Notes: generated by a model from the sequence alone, not told the origin. 64,000 nucleotides of DNA from Anthoceros angustus (GCA_010909165.1 MU008161.1:1054001-1118000), one strand, 5' to 3'. Shown: positions 1 through 13,600, counted from the first letter of the stretch. Translations and numbers: made by a program.

Positions 1-2153
1 CAGACTAACATATTACTCCTCCAGATGGAGTCCCATTTGGCATAACCGGATGCCGGATGCCAGATATCTTCGAACGGACACCCTTGCTCAAGATTTCTCC
101 TCGGGTTTGGTTTGATTTATTTTCAAAATACAAAATTAAAAAAAATTCGTTGAACCCACGTGTTTCCGCGGCTGGTTTGGTAGGATACGATGGAGTAATT
201 ACATTTCATTTAATTTCAATGAACCCAAAGGGCCTTACAACAGCAACCTTTTTGGCCAGCGAGACAACAGAGATCATATATCATGTGAGCGAGATAATAG
301 ACATCATATATCCTACGAGCGAGATAACAAAGACCATCTGTCAGCGGCTCCAAGGTTACCAAGGGCCAAGAGTATTGAAGGTGGCTGGTATCCTATCCGA
401 ATAGTGATCTGATCATAGGGTTGTTTAATCACCGAGTTCCAATGAATTCAGCATTACGATGTCATCTCTCAATGGAGGACCTATCTCTCTAGTTTTTGTC
501 ATGGTACAACGGTACGGCATGATATATCTCAAATTTATAAATTTATATCCATCTATATAGTGCGCAGTGGAATTGTTTACCTTGTATCTTGCTAGTATGT
601 CAACAATATTCTCATTCCCGGGATCTCTCAACTTGTGGCTCATGGGTTGAGTGTTAGCTTATGACATATCTCGAAATATCATCTATAAATTCATGTATCT
701 ATCGTAAAGAAAGTCATATATAAATTATGCGTTCATTCATCCAAGCATTTATATACAAGGGTCAGACTCCTTTAATGTAATATTGTTAGTTGTCTATGTA
801 TACTTCTCTCAATTTACGACTAATGGGTTGAGAATCATGACTCTCATGATGTCTCTATAATTAGATTTTCATCTAGAACAAAGAAGTCGCATGTACTCCT
901 TAATAAAAAAGCAGAAAGATTTTAGGATGCTTCCAGAATTGTCAGTATTGAGTGTACTATGATTTTGTTTGTGCTTTTCCAAGGCGATTGTTAGTATGGA
1001 AGGGACAAGTTGAGAGACCAGATTAGCATCACCAATCAAAGATGGTTTTAGATTCCCCATTGTAGAGCCAAAAATTTCGACAACCTCGGAAGTTTGGCTA
1101 GCCACCAAACAAGTGCCACATGTCTATTTCGTTAGAGGGCAATAGAAAAAAAAGAATGCTTCAAAAGTTTGTTAAAAGAGACATGGAAAGAGGTGTTCTA
1201 GTTGACCCAGTGGCTAATGAGGAGGTGCAAGTCTAGTCTGATATTTATAAATTGCTTCAAGCTTTGTGGCTGCTGAGGAGGCGATCATGAAGCTTAAAAC
1301 ACCATAAATTTTCAAGGGGGGAAAATACTCCCCACGGGGGTTTTCCTTGAATAAGCCCTGAAGGGGGTCTATGATGGGTCCGGAATCAGCGTTTTCCGCT
1401 TTTTTTTTTAAAGAACTCGAGAGAAAAGAGTGCTACCCGTCGAGCTCACTTCTTTCCATCAATCAATCTCTCTGCCGCACGGTGTTCGCAATCTCAAACC
1501 TCTTTGTTTAAGGCAAAGTTAGATCCGTCAGAATGACCGTTTCTGCCAGGTAGGCAATACCGTAAACCCGCTTATGCTAGGAAAATGCGGATAAGGAAGG
1601 ATATTGCAAAATCCACGAATAGCTTATATCCAAATCATGTTAACGTCTGCAACTGTATATGGTTTACTGTGGAGATGGAACAGGTGAACCATGATAAAAG
1701 AACGGGACAACATCCAAGTAGCGGCCAGGGCGCCGGCCAGCCAACGTCCTCGCCCCTACGTAGAAGGTTACCCCGTGTCTGTATGGCATTAGTTGCCCCA
1801 CTTCTTGCACGAGAATGATACACGTCTCGTCCTTGCGGAGGGGGGTCGGGCTATGTGACATGCCGTATTTGGGTTTCTCTCTGCATGTGAAACCCCAAAG
1901 AAAATAATGGACATGGTCCATCACTATTTAACAAAAAATGCTGGTATGTCCAACAGTCAGTGCAGCTTCCTCCCTAACTGCATTCCCTTCCTTATGACCA
2001 ACGGTAGACAACACCATTGGGCGTCGGCCGGCCGGCACCCACTGCTTCTGACTAGCGCTATAGTGGACATGCAAAACCATGCAGTTAAAACCATAAACCA
2101 AACCTACACTATTGACTTTGGTACCCCATTTCCCTCCGTGAACCGAGTTTTAC

Positions 2154-3180
2154 TCATAAATCCCGAGAGTTCACTCCTTCGTCATCACTGGGCCCTGCTT
2201 CTCCACCATTGTCATCACAATCTTCGGCGGCACTTTGACTAGCAGGTTGTATGAAACCTCGCAATTCGCTTAACTTTTTTTTTATCGTCTTTTTGTCCAC
2301 CACATACAAATGTTTCCGTGAGTTCAACATGAACCCATAATATAGGATGACCGATTCATTCACAAACACCTCCTGAATGTTTTTTGGGTAATAGACCTTT
2401 TTCCCTTTTTTCCCCTGTACCATACCAAATTGGTTCCCACTTCCACGAACTATGTATTTCTGCACATATCTTCCTTCGTATGCATCTATATGCTCGGTCC
2501 GATACCAGTGGATAAGAAAGTGAGGCCAAGGTGCATCCAACTTCACCTCAGTGACCTCCCCAATCCAAAATGGTATGTTATGTGTGTCCGTGGTGCAAGG
2601 CATTGCCAGAAACATCCCCTTCCATATTTTTGTCATATCGCCATTCAATCGTTCCATTTTACGCTATTGCCTCCCAAAGTTTTGATATGCCCCCACATAC
2701 ATGTCACGTTGTGGGAGGTCCCTCAATAATGCGTCTTCTAGCAAAGCTTCATCAGGTGCATGAAGGGGTCAGGCTGTATGCTCTACTTTAGCACGGGAAA
2801 ACCACTTCCAAGGACGATGCAAAACTAGGCTAATGTGGTTCTCCACAATAACAGCAACCTCTTTTTGGTCCACCCAAAAGTCTTCCCACCACTTGTACTC
2901 TTCAGTTATCACATATGGCCGTAATCCTAGTAACCCCTCCTTCAACTGGGCCACACCTTCGATTGGTGTTGGGGTGCCTGTCATTCCCTTTTTGTCCCGA
3001 GCCTGCAAAGGCAGTAATGGTGCAACAGTGATTGCCTCGGTAGGCACGAAATTCAAAAACTCCAATCCAGCCTCAGTTTCCCATAGCGAGGATGTTGAAT
3101 ATTGCTTGCTCCTGATAATTGTGATGAGGCCGCAGTTGGGTTTCTCCTCCCACGTAATTTTGAATTGGTATTGGAATGAC
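2154..3180 (-). pseudogene. Degenerate ORF, probably the C-terminal part of a DNA-transposon protein (family not identified)
   Basis: ORFs 2769..3065 and 2154..2657 appear to continue across a stop and a frameshift (EYKWWEDFW...PFWIGEVTEV...LIHWY). No host-gene exon structure; TE-rich context. Confidence 0.35.
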
Positions 3181-4414
3181 AGATTATTTAGTTTTTTTAC
3201 CGCTGCAACATACTTTTACCTATTGTCCCCTCGCCTTTTCGACCATACATACATTACTACAATGCCACATTGTTTATGACCGCAAAAAAGACGCAAAAAT
3301 AATGGCGAGGGCTAAACAATAATGCCCCCCCGTTAGTGATTAACGTTTTTTTCGGCGTCATTCAAAACACATCATATTCGAGAATTATGACGCGTTTGGC
3401 CTAGCCGATCGAATCTCCCTTGTCGATGCCTGCGGGTAGCCAGTGGCCATTAACCGAATAGGGTGGGAGGGCCCCACCGGCAAACGAAACCGGGAAGTTG
3501 TCCAAACCGGGACAAATGACGGGCTCATCCAGCCCATGGACATGGCTAGTGGAATTCCCGTCGGCCCGTTAATCGCGACTGGTGGAATTCGAGTCGGGCG
3601 GGATGCCACATTTTCCGTTCTAGGCAAAAGGCACGTGCCCTCCTTGTGTGCACAGCGTTACAGTTGAGCTGCGCATCGTACTATGACACACACGATCAGC
3701 CCAGGTAAATATGCATGCATGGGGGCCGCCGGTCACACTATTTGCATTTTCCTTAGATTGTCGGACGATTCAGGTCGTGAGGGATGAATCTAGCTGTTGT
3801 CAGGCGCAGGCTAGTAAACCACGTAACGTTATGCTCAGAGACTTCAATTTCAAATTCAAATATGAGGCTGCCCACTCCGCCATTTGCAAATTACCACAAT
3901 TGTAAATATGGATTAACCCTAGAGGTAACCCAATATTAATTTCACTCCACTTTATATGGTTCACATAATATAGCTCACTTAATTGGAGTTCAACACACCA
4001 ACCTCCCTCAACTATAGTAAGCACAATTGACCGAGATAGATCACGTAAAAAATGAATGGCCTACGATATTTTAAAAGGTCAAATTATCAACCACCGAGCT
4101 AATCGTCCTCGCAGTGGTCTGGAAACTCATTAAAGACTCGGATAATGCACCTCGTTCGCAGAGGGAGGCACGTTTGCAGACGATGCTCCTCGTTGTTTGG
4201 TGCGACTGTTCCACCAGAATAGCCCCGCATACCAGGACGTCATATTCCAGAGGCATACCGGTCCAAAGATATTGGAGGCCCTTCGTTCTTCCTTCGCTTA
4301 TTCCTTTCCTCTCCACCCTCTTCTCCATCCCCACGCCATTTGGGGCCGTTTACGAGTCTTCGCTTCAATGGGCCTTCCTCTTCGGCTGGGCACATCAATT
4401 CACAATCACCCACA

Positions 4415-6692
4415 TCAAAACAAGAATTGATCACCCTGGCAACAATGCTGCCAGCCAGTGAATTGAACATGCATAGCCCCTAATTGCCAACTTTTGCCAC
4501 TAACCTCGCTCCGAGATGGAACTGACGCTGGTTCCCGAGACTTAATCACACAACAAGGCACTGATGAGTGACAATGTGCATTGAAATTGATAACATCATA
4601 TGTGCTACTACTCCCTGTATCAAGAGGACATTTTGCAAGACCATGGCATGAAAAATGCGGAAACATACGTGAAGCCAACGAACGTACTGATAAATTGCTA
4701 ATCGAATTCCGTGTCGGAGCCCGGGTTATTCTCCTAGTAGCATCCGCTGGGGGTGGTGAAGTTGTATCATCCGCACCCCCGAACTGAGGTCCGCTTATGT
4801 GTCTAGGGACACACAGCCCCTCCACCGAAGCAGCCTGCATTGGTGTTGCGCTCAACGAGTCCGATACAATAACATCCTCCTCTATGTCCCCTGAAAACCA
4901 ACTAGCAGCTACACATGATAGGACATCAGAATCGACCCAACTTGCAGTGGTATGGCAAAGTATTTGGAGTGCAAACAGATTGGCAAACCTTTCCCCAATT
5001 GAAGTCCTCCAGCCTTCACTTTGCATGCATCCTGGAGTGACTTCACATTCTCAACTCCGTGGACAAGGCACCATTCCACCTCACGTTCTGATGGAAGAAC
5101 TCCCCACCTCAATTTGAAGGACTTGCGAATCTCAATGGTGCCTCCCTGGCCATAAGGGTTGCAAGCACCACCATCGAACTTTTTCATGTGGGCCTCTGTT
5201 GCAGTAGCCTGTCGAAGTCGAGGCCAAACACCACCACCCCGGTCCAGCTCACGGACTCCAAATTGAACACACTCTGTCCATGCCTCCTCCGTTACAGATC
5301 CTTGTCTAAGATCAGGGTCATTGCGACCTCCTTTCCTCATTTGCGCCGCCGCAATCTTCACTCTCTTCAGCACTTGGAAGTTTCGTTGCCTTGCACAAAC
5401 GGAAAGCTTGTGATGGATGAAATCCCGGTCTGTGACCTTGGGGAAAGTCCTCTGCACTGCGTCAACCATCTCTCCTCGCAACGACATTGAGTGCTCGGTG
5501 TAAGGCTTCAACAATAAGCCTGAACAGAAGGCTCAGGGTCTGGGGTAATTCCACCAACTTTAAGGTATCGCCTCCAAATGATTGCCTCCAGGTCATCATC
5601 TCCTTTTCCTTCCCCATCATCCCGCAGATCTCCGGCACGCTCTTGGTCTTCAACATGAGGTGAAGCAGCCTCACTGCCCTCGCATTCTTCAAACCATGTA
5701 AGCAGCCCCTCAACGCGGTCCCTCATGGCAACACACACCTTGTTACACACTCTAAGCAAAGTAAAGTCCTCCTCTAAGAACCAAACAGCAAATGTCAGCA
5801 TGGTGGACAGCAGTAAGAGCTTAACAGTAACCCGATGCTAGCTGTCTAGGTGACACGTACCTCTATCCCTTCACATGTTTTGCTATAGTCCAATCTCTGC
5901 TGCTGGCGCCAAAAAACAGTGGTGTAAGCCCGCCAGTGACGCAAGATACGAAGAGCTTTAATTTGAATGCGATGCGGTGATTGCTTGCCCGCCACGTTTG
6001 CCTTGAGGTCGTGCTTGCCTTGAAAGACCAGTTCACAGCTGCACACAGGGTGAAACGTCTTGCAGGGTGTCGTCTGACACATGCTTGAAGGCAGCAAATG
6101 GAACTTTATTCATGACAGCATGGAAACTCTGAAGCAAGATACATTCCCAAAAAAGGGCCCTCAATCTCCAACAATCTACTTCAGACCGGGGGTCAAGTTC
6201 CATCCACGTATACATAACTCCGGATGGCAAGGCAAGCATCCATTGATACAAGGTGGACCAGGTGAAAGCCATTCGCCCGCTCACTCATCCGGTAAAATTG
6301 GCTTGAAATTGGCCTGGGGGAATCATCTTGTCTACAAGGCTTGTCGGGCATGGTTTGCCGGTGTGCTTCATGCATCGGGCGCTCTCACGTTCCCAACCAG
6401 AACGATGCTCAATTGTCGCAAGTACGCAATCCCAACATTGGTCTAGTCGCTCATACCATACTGTCACATTGGCATCTACATCATGCATGTCCACCTCTCG
6501 CTCGTCCTCACTGTCTTGGTTGATGATTTGGGCAAACTGAGAGGATGGATTTGGCTCTTCCAACGGCATGTCGCCCCGGCTCGGTGCAAATTCGGGCATA
6601 GTATCGAGCTCGTTGCTAGGCACTCCGAGAGATAGCAGGACCGATTCCATGGCTGCTCTGCAAAGTTCAAACTTCCACAGATTGGAAAACAT
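4415..6692 (-). pseudogene. CACTA second-ORF (TnpA/Transposase_24-like) remnants
   Basis: Fragmented minus-strand ORFs (4415..5026, 4909..5514, 5508..5801, 6285..6692) lie downstream of and co-oriented with the CACTA transposase, where the second CACTA gene normally sits. Family assignment is by position and weak motif resemblance. Confidence 0.45.
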
Positions 6693-9214
6693 AGTGTGAC
6701 GTGAGCTGGTCTAGGGCGATGACCCTAGAACCATTTATGGGCAGGGAAACGGTTCGTGTGACAATGACGACACCATCTGACGTTTGCATTTCACTCCCTT
6801 CCTCATTATGAAATACCTCAGGCCTCTGTACAACGTGGACGGCCGTCAGCAAGAGTGCCAAAGGCGTGATGGATTTAGGGTTTTCTCATCAGTTCCCTCG
6901 TCGGCCCCAATCGGGCTGATGTCTATCAACAAGAAAGAAGACGAGCTTGTTCTATCCAACGTCAAAGTATATTTGTGTTATTCGTGAACGTCCTCAATCC
7001 CACCTAGCTAGCGTGGGGTGGGGATATCACCCAAGGCTCGATTTGGCATGACGCCTGTGGCGAACACTTTAGTAACATGGGCGGGAAAGGTATATGACCT
7101 CAAATGATTGCGAGCGATCGAGTGGTGTCTAGTGTCCATGCCCAAAACCCGCAGTCACGTTCCATGGTCGGCGGAGCCTTGGTTAAGGAACATTCGTACT
7201 AATGCACATTCGGGACAATGACGAGAATTCACCTTCGTCGCAATGGACATCCAAGATCTCGAACAATTCTTCCCAAAAATTGCCTTCTCAACCTTCCATC
7301 TCAAACTCGCCATAGACCCAACTATCTTGGGTGGAGCTTCTTTTTCTGCGTCAACCATCTCTCCTCATAGCGACATTGAGTGCTCTGTAAGGCTTCAACA
7401 ATAAGCCCGGAAGAAGGCTCGTGGTCCGGGTAATTCCACCAACTTTAAGGTATCGCCTCCAAATGATTGCCTCGGTCATCATCTCCTTTTCCTTCCCCAT
7501 CATCCGCGGATCTCGACGCCTTGGTCTTCAACATGAGGTGAAGCACCTCACCGCCTCGCATTCTTCAAACCATGTAGCGGCCCTCAACGCGTCCCTCATG
7601 GCAACACACACCTTGTTACACACTCTAAGCAAAGTAAAGTCCTCCTCTAAGAACCAAACAGCAAATGTCAAGATGGTGGACAGCGGTAAGAGCTTAAGAT
7701 GCTAGCTGCCTAGGTGACACGCACTCTATCCCTTCACATGTTTTGCTATAGTCCAATCTCTGCCGGCGCCAAAAAAGCGATGGTGTAAGCCCGCCAAAGG
7801 ACGCAAGATACTGAAGAGCTTTAATTTGAATGCGATGCGGTGATTGCTTGCCCGCCACGCTTGCCTTGAGGTCGTGCTTGCCTTGAAAGACCGGCATTGC
7901 ACGGTGAAACGTCTTGCGGTGTCGTCGACACATGCTTGAAGGCGACAAATGGAACTTTATTCATGACAAAGATGGAAACTCAAGCAAGATACATTCCCAA
8001 AAAAGGGCCCTCAATCTCCAACAATCTACTTCAGACCGGGGGTCAAGTTCCATCCACGTATACATAACTCCGGATGGCAAGGCAAGCATCCATTGATACA
8101 AGGTGGACCAGGTGAAAGCCATTCGCCCGCTCACTCATCCGGTAAAATTGGCTTGAAATTGGCCCAGTGGGGGGGAATCTGTCTTGTCTACAAGGCTTGT
8201 CGGGCATGGTTTGCCGGTGTGCTTCATGCATCGGGCGCTCTCACGTTCCCAACCAGAACGATGCTCAATTGTCGCTCATAATCCCAACATTGGTCTAGTC
8301 GCCATACCATACCGTCACATTGGCATCTACATCATGCATGTCCACCTCTCGCTCGTCCTCACCGCCTTGGTTGATGATTTGGGCAACCGGGAGGATGGAT
8401 TTGGCTCTTCCAACGGCATGTCGCCTGCTCGGTGCAAATTCGGGCATAGTATCGAGCTCGTTGCTAGGCACTCAGAGATAGCAGGACCGATTCCATGGTC
8501 GCCTGCAAGTTCAAACTTCCACAGATTGGAAAACATAGTGTGACGTGAGCTGGTCTAGGGCGATGACCCTAGAACCATTTATGGGGAAAGCGGTTCGTGT
8601 GACAATGACACCATCCGACGCTTGCATTTCACTCCCTTCCTCATTATGAAATACCTCAGCCTCAGACAACGTGGGTGACGTCAGCCAAGAGTGCCAAAGG
8701 CGTGATGGATTTAGGGTTTTCTCGCTTCCCTCGTCACTTTAATCGGGATGTCTATCAACAAGAAAGAAGACGAGCTTGTTCTATCCAACGTCAAAGTATA
8801 TTTGTGTTATTCTGTGTGAAACGTCCCTCAATCCCACCTAGCTAGCGTGGACGGGGCTGTATATCACCCAAGGCTCTCGATTTGGCATGACGTCTCTGTG
8901 GGCGAACACTTTAGTAACATGGGCGGGAAAGGTATATGACCTCAAATGATTGCGAGCGTATCGATAGTGGTGTCTAGTGTCCACAGCCCAAAACCCGCAG
9001 AAGTCACGTTCCATGGTCGGCGGAGCCTTGGTTAAGGAACATTCGTACCAATGCACATTCAGGACAATGACAGAGAATTCACCTTCGTCGCAATGGACAT
9101 CCAGTATCTGAACAATTCTTCCCAAAAATTCGGCCTTCTCAACAGCCCCTTCCATCTCAAACTCGCCATAGACCCAACTATCTTGGGTGGAGCTTCTTTT
9201 TTCGTCTGCGTCAA
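5457..9214. repeat. Direct tandem duplication of ~1.87-1.89 kb inside the CACTA element
   Basis: 5457-7345 is homologous to 7346-9205. The junction 9-mer CTGCGTCAA occurs at 5457, 7346 and 9206. Confidence 0.9.
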
Positions 9215-10676
9215 ACGTTCGGAAATGATAACCCTCGTGTTCAGACCTCTGTAAGATTTGACCCTTTCGCGTGGCCCGAATGCAAGAGATCGAATATTGG
9301 CATGATTTGGGTGCCCCAGCCACCTCCCCAGTCTGACACATTCTTGCAACCAATCGACTCAGTTCGCACCTTCCACCTCGTTGGCATGCTCTGCTCTCAT
9401 TGGTGACAATACTTCTGAATGCTGCACCAAATACCAATGTAACCTCCTTCGGTCATCCACCCCTAGGGTAATCATCTTTGCCTGACCTATGGTGTGGTCT
9501 TCTTTGAGGGGGCTTGTCATCGTACTGTTCCCTTGTGCATCATGACGGTGTATACCGCCCATAAACTCGGCCGTGAAATTCATTGCTTCCATTGCCAAAT
9601 ACCCGGTTGCCATGGATCCTTCTGGCCTTGCCCTCTGTCGCACATGGTTTTTCAGTACTAGGAGATATCGCTCCATAGGGTACATCCACCGTGTTTGCAC
9701 TGGGCCATGCGATTTCACTTCATCCACAAGGTGTATAATAAGATCTTGCATGTTGTTCCATAATGTCGAGGGCATATATTGTTCTAGCCTAATGAACAGA
9801 TCGATAGCCTCCAACTTCTTGGTCAGGATCTCAGCGAGTGGAATCGCTTTTCCGGTAATCCACCGGTACAAGCTAGCTAGGCGGGTAATGACATTCAGTT
9901 CCCGGGGTGGCATCCGACCCCATGCAATAGATAGGTGCCAGTCGTGGCTTTTAAGTCTATGTGACTTAAGTCGGTGTATGTACATGCATCAAACAGTGCT
10001 AGTCGTGGCTTTTAAGTCCAGTGACTTTAGGGCCACTAAAGCAAGTCTTAAGATTAGCCCCGAAGGCAGTTGGAGGCTTCATGGCCCAGATCTCATCCTT
10101 CACTGCTTGCAGGTCCTTCGGTGCTAGTACATACACCGATGCCGGCATGTGTTGATTCTCCCCCTCCTCAACTACCCATAGCCATGGCTTAGAGTCATTC
10201 TCTTTCATATCGAACCGGCTTGCAAGGGTATCACCTTTCCCACTCAATGTGGCCCAAATAGCTTTGCAATTGTTTGCCTCCACGTGCATTACGTCCCTCA
10301 CCCAGAGTTTGCAAGTGAACTCCAGATAAGGCAATGCACGAAGCAAGAGGGAGTTTCGTTTGACCCCCTAAGCTTGCGGTATGGCCCTAGTTTGAGCATC
10401 TACGCTTGCCCATCGGGACATCTCAGCCATGACATCCTGAATGGAATGGGGGACAGGTTGACGCCGCAACTCAGCCTGGTTGTTAAAAGCTTCAACATTC
10501 AACGTCCTTCGTGCGTTGTCTAGAGAAGGGCACCAACGCCAACTTCCTTCAAACAAGCACTTGTCCAAATCTCGGGACCATCGAGCATCCAGTGCGAGGC
10601 CACAATCGATGCAAGCAGCTTTACCGTGCACTTGTAAGCCAAAAAGGGAACTCAATGTTTTGTCATCTTTGCTCAT
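8838..10676 (-). pseudogene. TNP2: CACTA/En-Spm transposase (TNP2/TnpD-like; Transposase_21, DUF4218 and DUF4216 regions), disrupted
   Basis: Motifs in the expected order: HGKAACIDC (Transposase_21-like), LPY...DVMHVEANN, GLKSHD, HLVDEVKSHGPVQTRWMYPMERYLLVLKNHVRQRARPEGSMATGY (DUF4218-like) and GRIVQIL...VHWY (DUF4216-like). Split over four ORFs by stops and frameshifts. Confidence 0.9.
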
Positions 10677-13600
10677 TCGGCCAACAGTCGATCACGGTGG
10701 GCATCTAAGGCTACTTAATATTTCTCTGCACACAACACATACAGAGGAAAATACAAGAGTTCCGTCCTAGTCTTCAGCCATTCCGGATGTGCCTATCGAT
10801 ATGCAAGAATCAGCCACATAGGCTATATCCGTTCAAAAACCCACGACCTGTTAAATGGTACAAATCTGACAGCCACATGCAAATGAATGAGCTGAACCAA
10901 AGGATGCCCTAACCATAGGATGTGCCTAACCGCCTGCTTCCCTTGGCATTATAACAACTGCGTGACATGGATATGGTAGGTGGCCATCCGGCGCTCTCCA
11001 AAGCCTGACAACCACATGAATCGTGACATTGCTATGGTAGTCGCCGGCCAGCCGGCGCCCTATATAGTCTGGCAACCAAATGACCCGGACCATTGGATGC
11101 CCTGACCATATGATGTGCTTGACCCTCTACTTGGCCTTGACTCCATACTATGTGACATTGCTTTGGTGGGCGCCGGCCAGCCGGCGCCTTTTAAAGCCTA
11201 AACCCTTCCACCAACATGGTTCTTCACATACTGTCAGCGGCAAGAAGGGAGCCGGCTTGTCGGTGTCCTTCAACTCAATGAACACTTTGAGAACCATGGC
11301 TATAGGCATAGTAAAAATGACACGATGGGCGAAGGCTAGACGGCAGCCTCCTACCAATGAAACATGACATGAAGATGGTTTTAGACACAAAGTAAAGAAG
11401 ATACAAGGCGGTGAATAGCCCACTTCCTCAGGGCAAAAGACTGTAAACCCCACCTTTGAGCCCTACTAGAAAGGGCAGCATATGTTACAGTCATTGTTGC
11501 AATTTTATGTACACTTCTATATTGCAACATGCTTTGGAGGCTTGGTATTAAGTTGGTCACTTTCTTTCCTATGTGGTGCCACCATCTTAACACAAACCTT
11601 GCTCTCTCTCCTACCACCTCTTACACCCCCTCTCCTACAAGCATTGTTTATGATTTCCTGAACTACTGGCGGGTGCTTGGGTGGGGCATTCAGATGAGCT
11701 CGCCTCCTACTTAAGTGCTCCCTCCGATATTGCGAATGAACCTCATCTTCTTGTGGAAGGCATGCCTACGGAAGGAACAAAATTTATCAAAAGGCTGCAG
11801 AAAGGGGCCCTTGAACCAATCAAACACGCTGATGGTCCCTGATAAGGCACATCAGCACTCTCGTCTCTCCCCTATCATCCTCCTCTCTTCATTACACCCC
11901 CTTTGGAGAACTATTTGTTTATGTTTCACCCTGCCCTCTTCATTACACCCTCTCTTGACAAATATTTGTTCATGTCGCCCATACCAAAACATCACTGGAA
12001 CATGGTCTAGCAACTCTCACATTTCCCTCCTACCTCATAACTTCACCATTGCTTTATCAATGTTTTTACTTGACCATAGCTATTCATGGGTTCAAGACTA
12101 ACTTTTTTTTGGTTTCAACCAGTCCTACAATGATAATAAATGTGCACCCTTCCATTGTGCACTTATATTCATGATAAAATACAAGATATGTATATACTTA
12201 TATGTAGATAAATATAGGGGATAAGTATATGTAGATAAATATATTATATTAATATTATTAAAAATGATTATATATTATCATTAATATAATATAATATAAT
12301 ATAATATATATTAAGGAATAAATTACTTATTCATTCTAGCCAGCAGCATAACTTCTAGCCCTTGTCTTACCCAGGCACTCTAATGTAACTTCCATCCCTT
12401 GACCCTAACCAAGTACTCCTATATGTATTCCATAATATTATGTTATACTATATAATATTTTATTATTAATTATATATTATATTAAGGTATAAATTACTTA
12501 TCAATCGGGCCATCAATGCCAACCGTTAAAATTTAGCTTAGCACCCATCAATACTCACTATTAGTATAGACCGAGATCAAACCCTAAACTTCCTAATTCT
12601 AGGAAATATGACTTAACCAATCCGAGGGGGCTCCTTGTTACAGTCATGTTGCAATTGCATGTGGGAGACCTGCCCAATTTTAGGGCTATGTAACAGCCCT
12701 TGTTACACTTTGGCTTGGAAACCAGACCAGCAATTATGTTGCAAGGGTGTTGCAATTATGTTGAGATGAAGTGAGAGGTGCTTTTGTCCTCTCTCAAGAT
12801 TGCAACAAGATTGTAACATATAAAGTGTTACAAGAAAAGTCTTGTAACACTTTTCTAGGCTTGGTACCGAACCTCCTCCCCATCTACCATTCTTTGTTTA
12901 CTTTTGTCCTACAGAATACCAAGTTTTACATATTCATTACTACTAATACGCCTGTGGCGCGACTTTTGCTCACGGCCAGCCGGGCGCGCACAATCCCGTG
13001 TCGTTGTAGTAAGGAGTCCGTTCCCGAGAGAATGATAAGCTCCGTTTGCCGCGTTTCGACCGATCCTTACTTTGCGTCCACTCAACTTTAACACACACAA
13101 TCGTCGTTTTGCGTCTAACTACTCATAACGTTCACCGAACAGGCCCGGTGTGGCCAAACGTTTAAGGACCCGTTTGCGTCCGTCGTTCCCGCCGTCACTC
13201 GTCCCTTTAGTCCGCTCCTCTCATCACTCTCACTCGCTCATCAACCTTGGAAAAGAGCATGGTAGCTACGATCCGGACCTCCTCCGTTGCTCAACCGGGC
13301 CTCTCCGTCCGGGCTCTGCACGCCCTCCCGGAGTTCCTCCGGCTCACACGTTCCGGTCCTCGGCTTGGGCGGGCTCTGCGGCGAACACGGGTCCCCAGTC
13401 GCTCTTCCCTGCACACACCACCACACGTTAGGGTCCGTCACGGGACCTTGATCGATCTCTCGGGCGCCGTGCACCTTTCGATGACTCGGGACTCACGTTA
13501 GCATGAAGACACACAAAAGGTCTGCAAGAAACGCGATCAACACCAAGAAGATGATTTATTCCGAGCTCACCTCTTATACTACGCCCAAGTCGGCGTCTTT

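Larger units (their letters stand above)
3400..11620 (-). mobile_element. Degenerate CACTA (En/Spm) DNA transposon; termini not located
   Basis: Transposase and second-ORF remnants, plus an AACCGGGACAAATG motif near 3510 resembling CACTA subterminal repeats. No paired CACTA...TAGTG ends were found, so the boundaries are approximate. Confidence 0.65.

Noticed and set aside
3330-3340. TAGTG as a CACTA terminus
   Set aside because: No matching CACTA end with a 3-bp TSD or TIR could be paired with it.
11044-12985. Shared CGGCCAGCCGG word in the CACTA repeats and the LTR terminus
   Set aside because: An 11-nt GC-rich match with no flanking similarity; likely coincidence.
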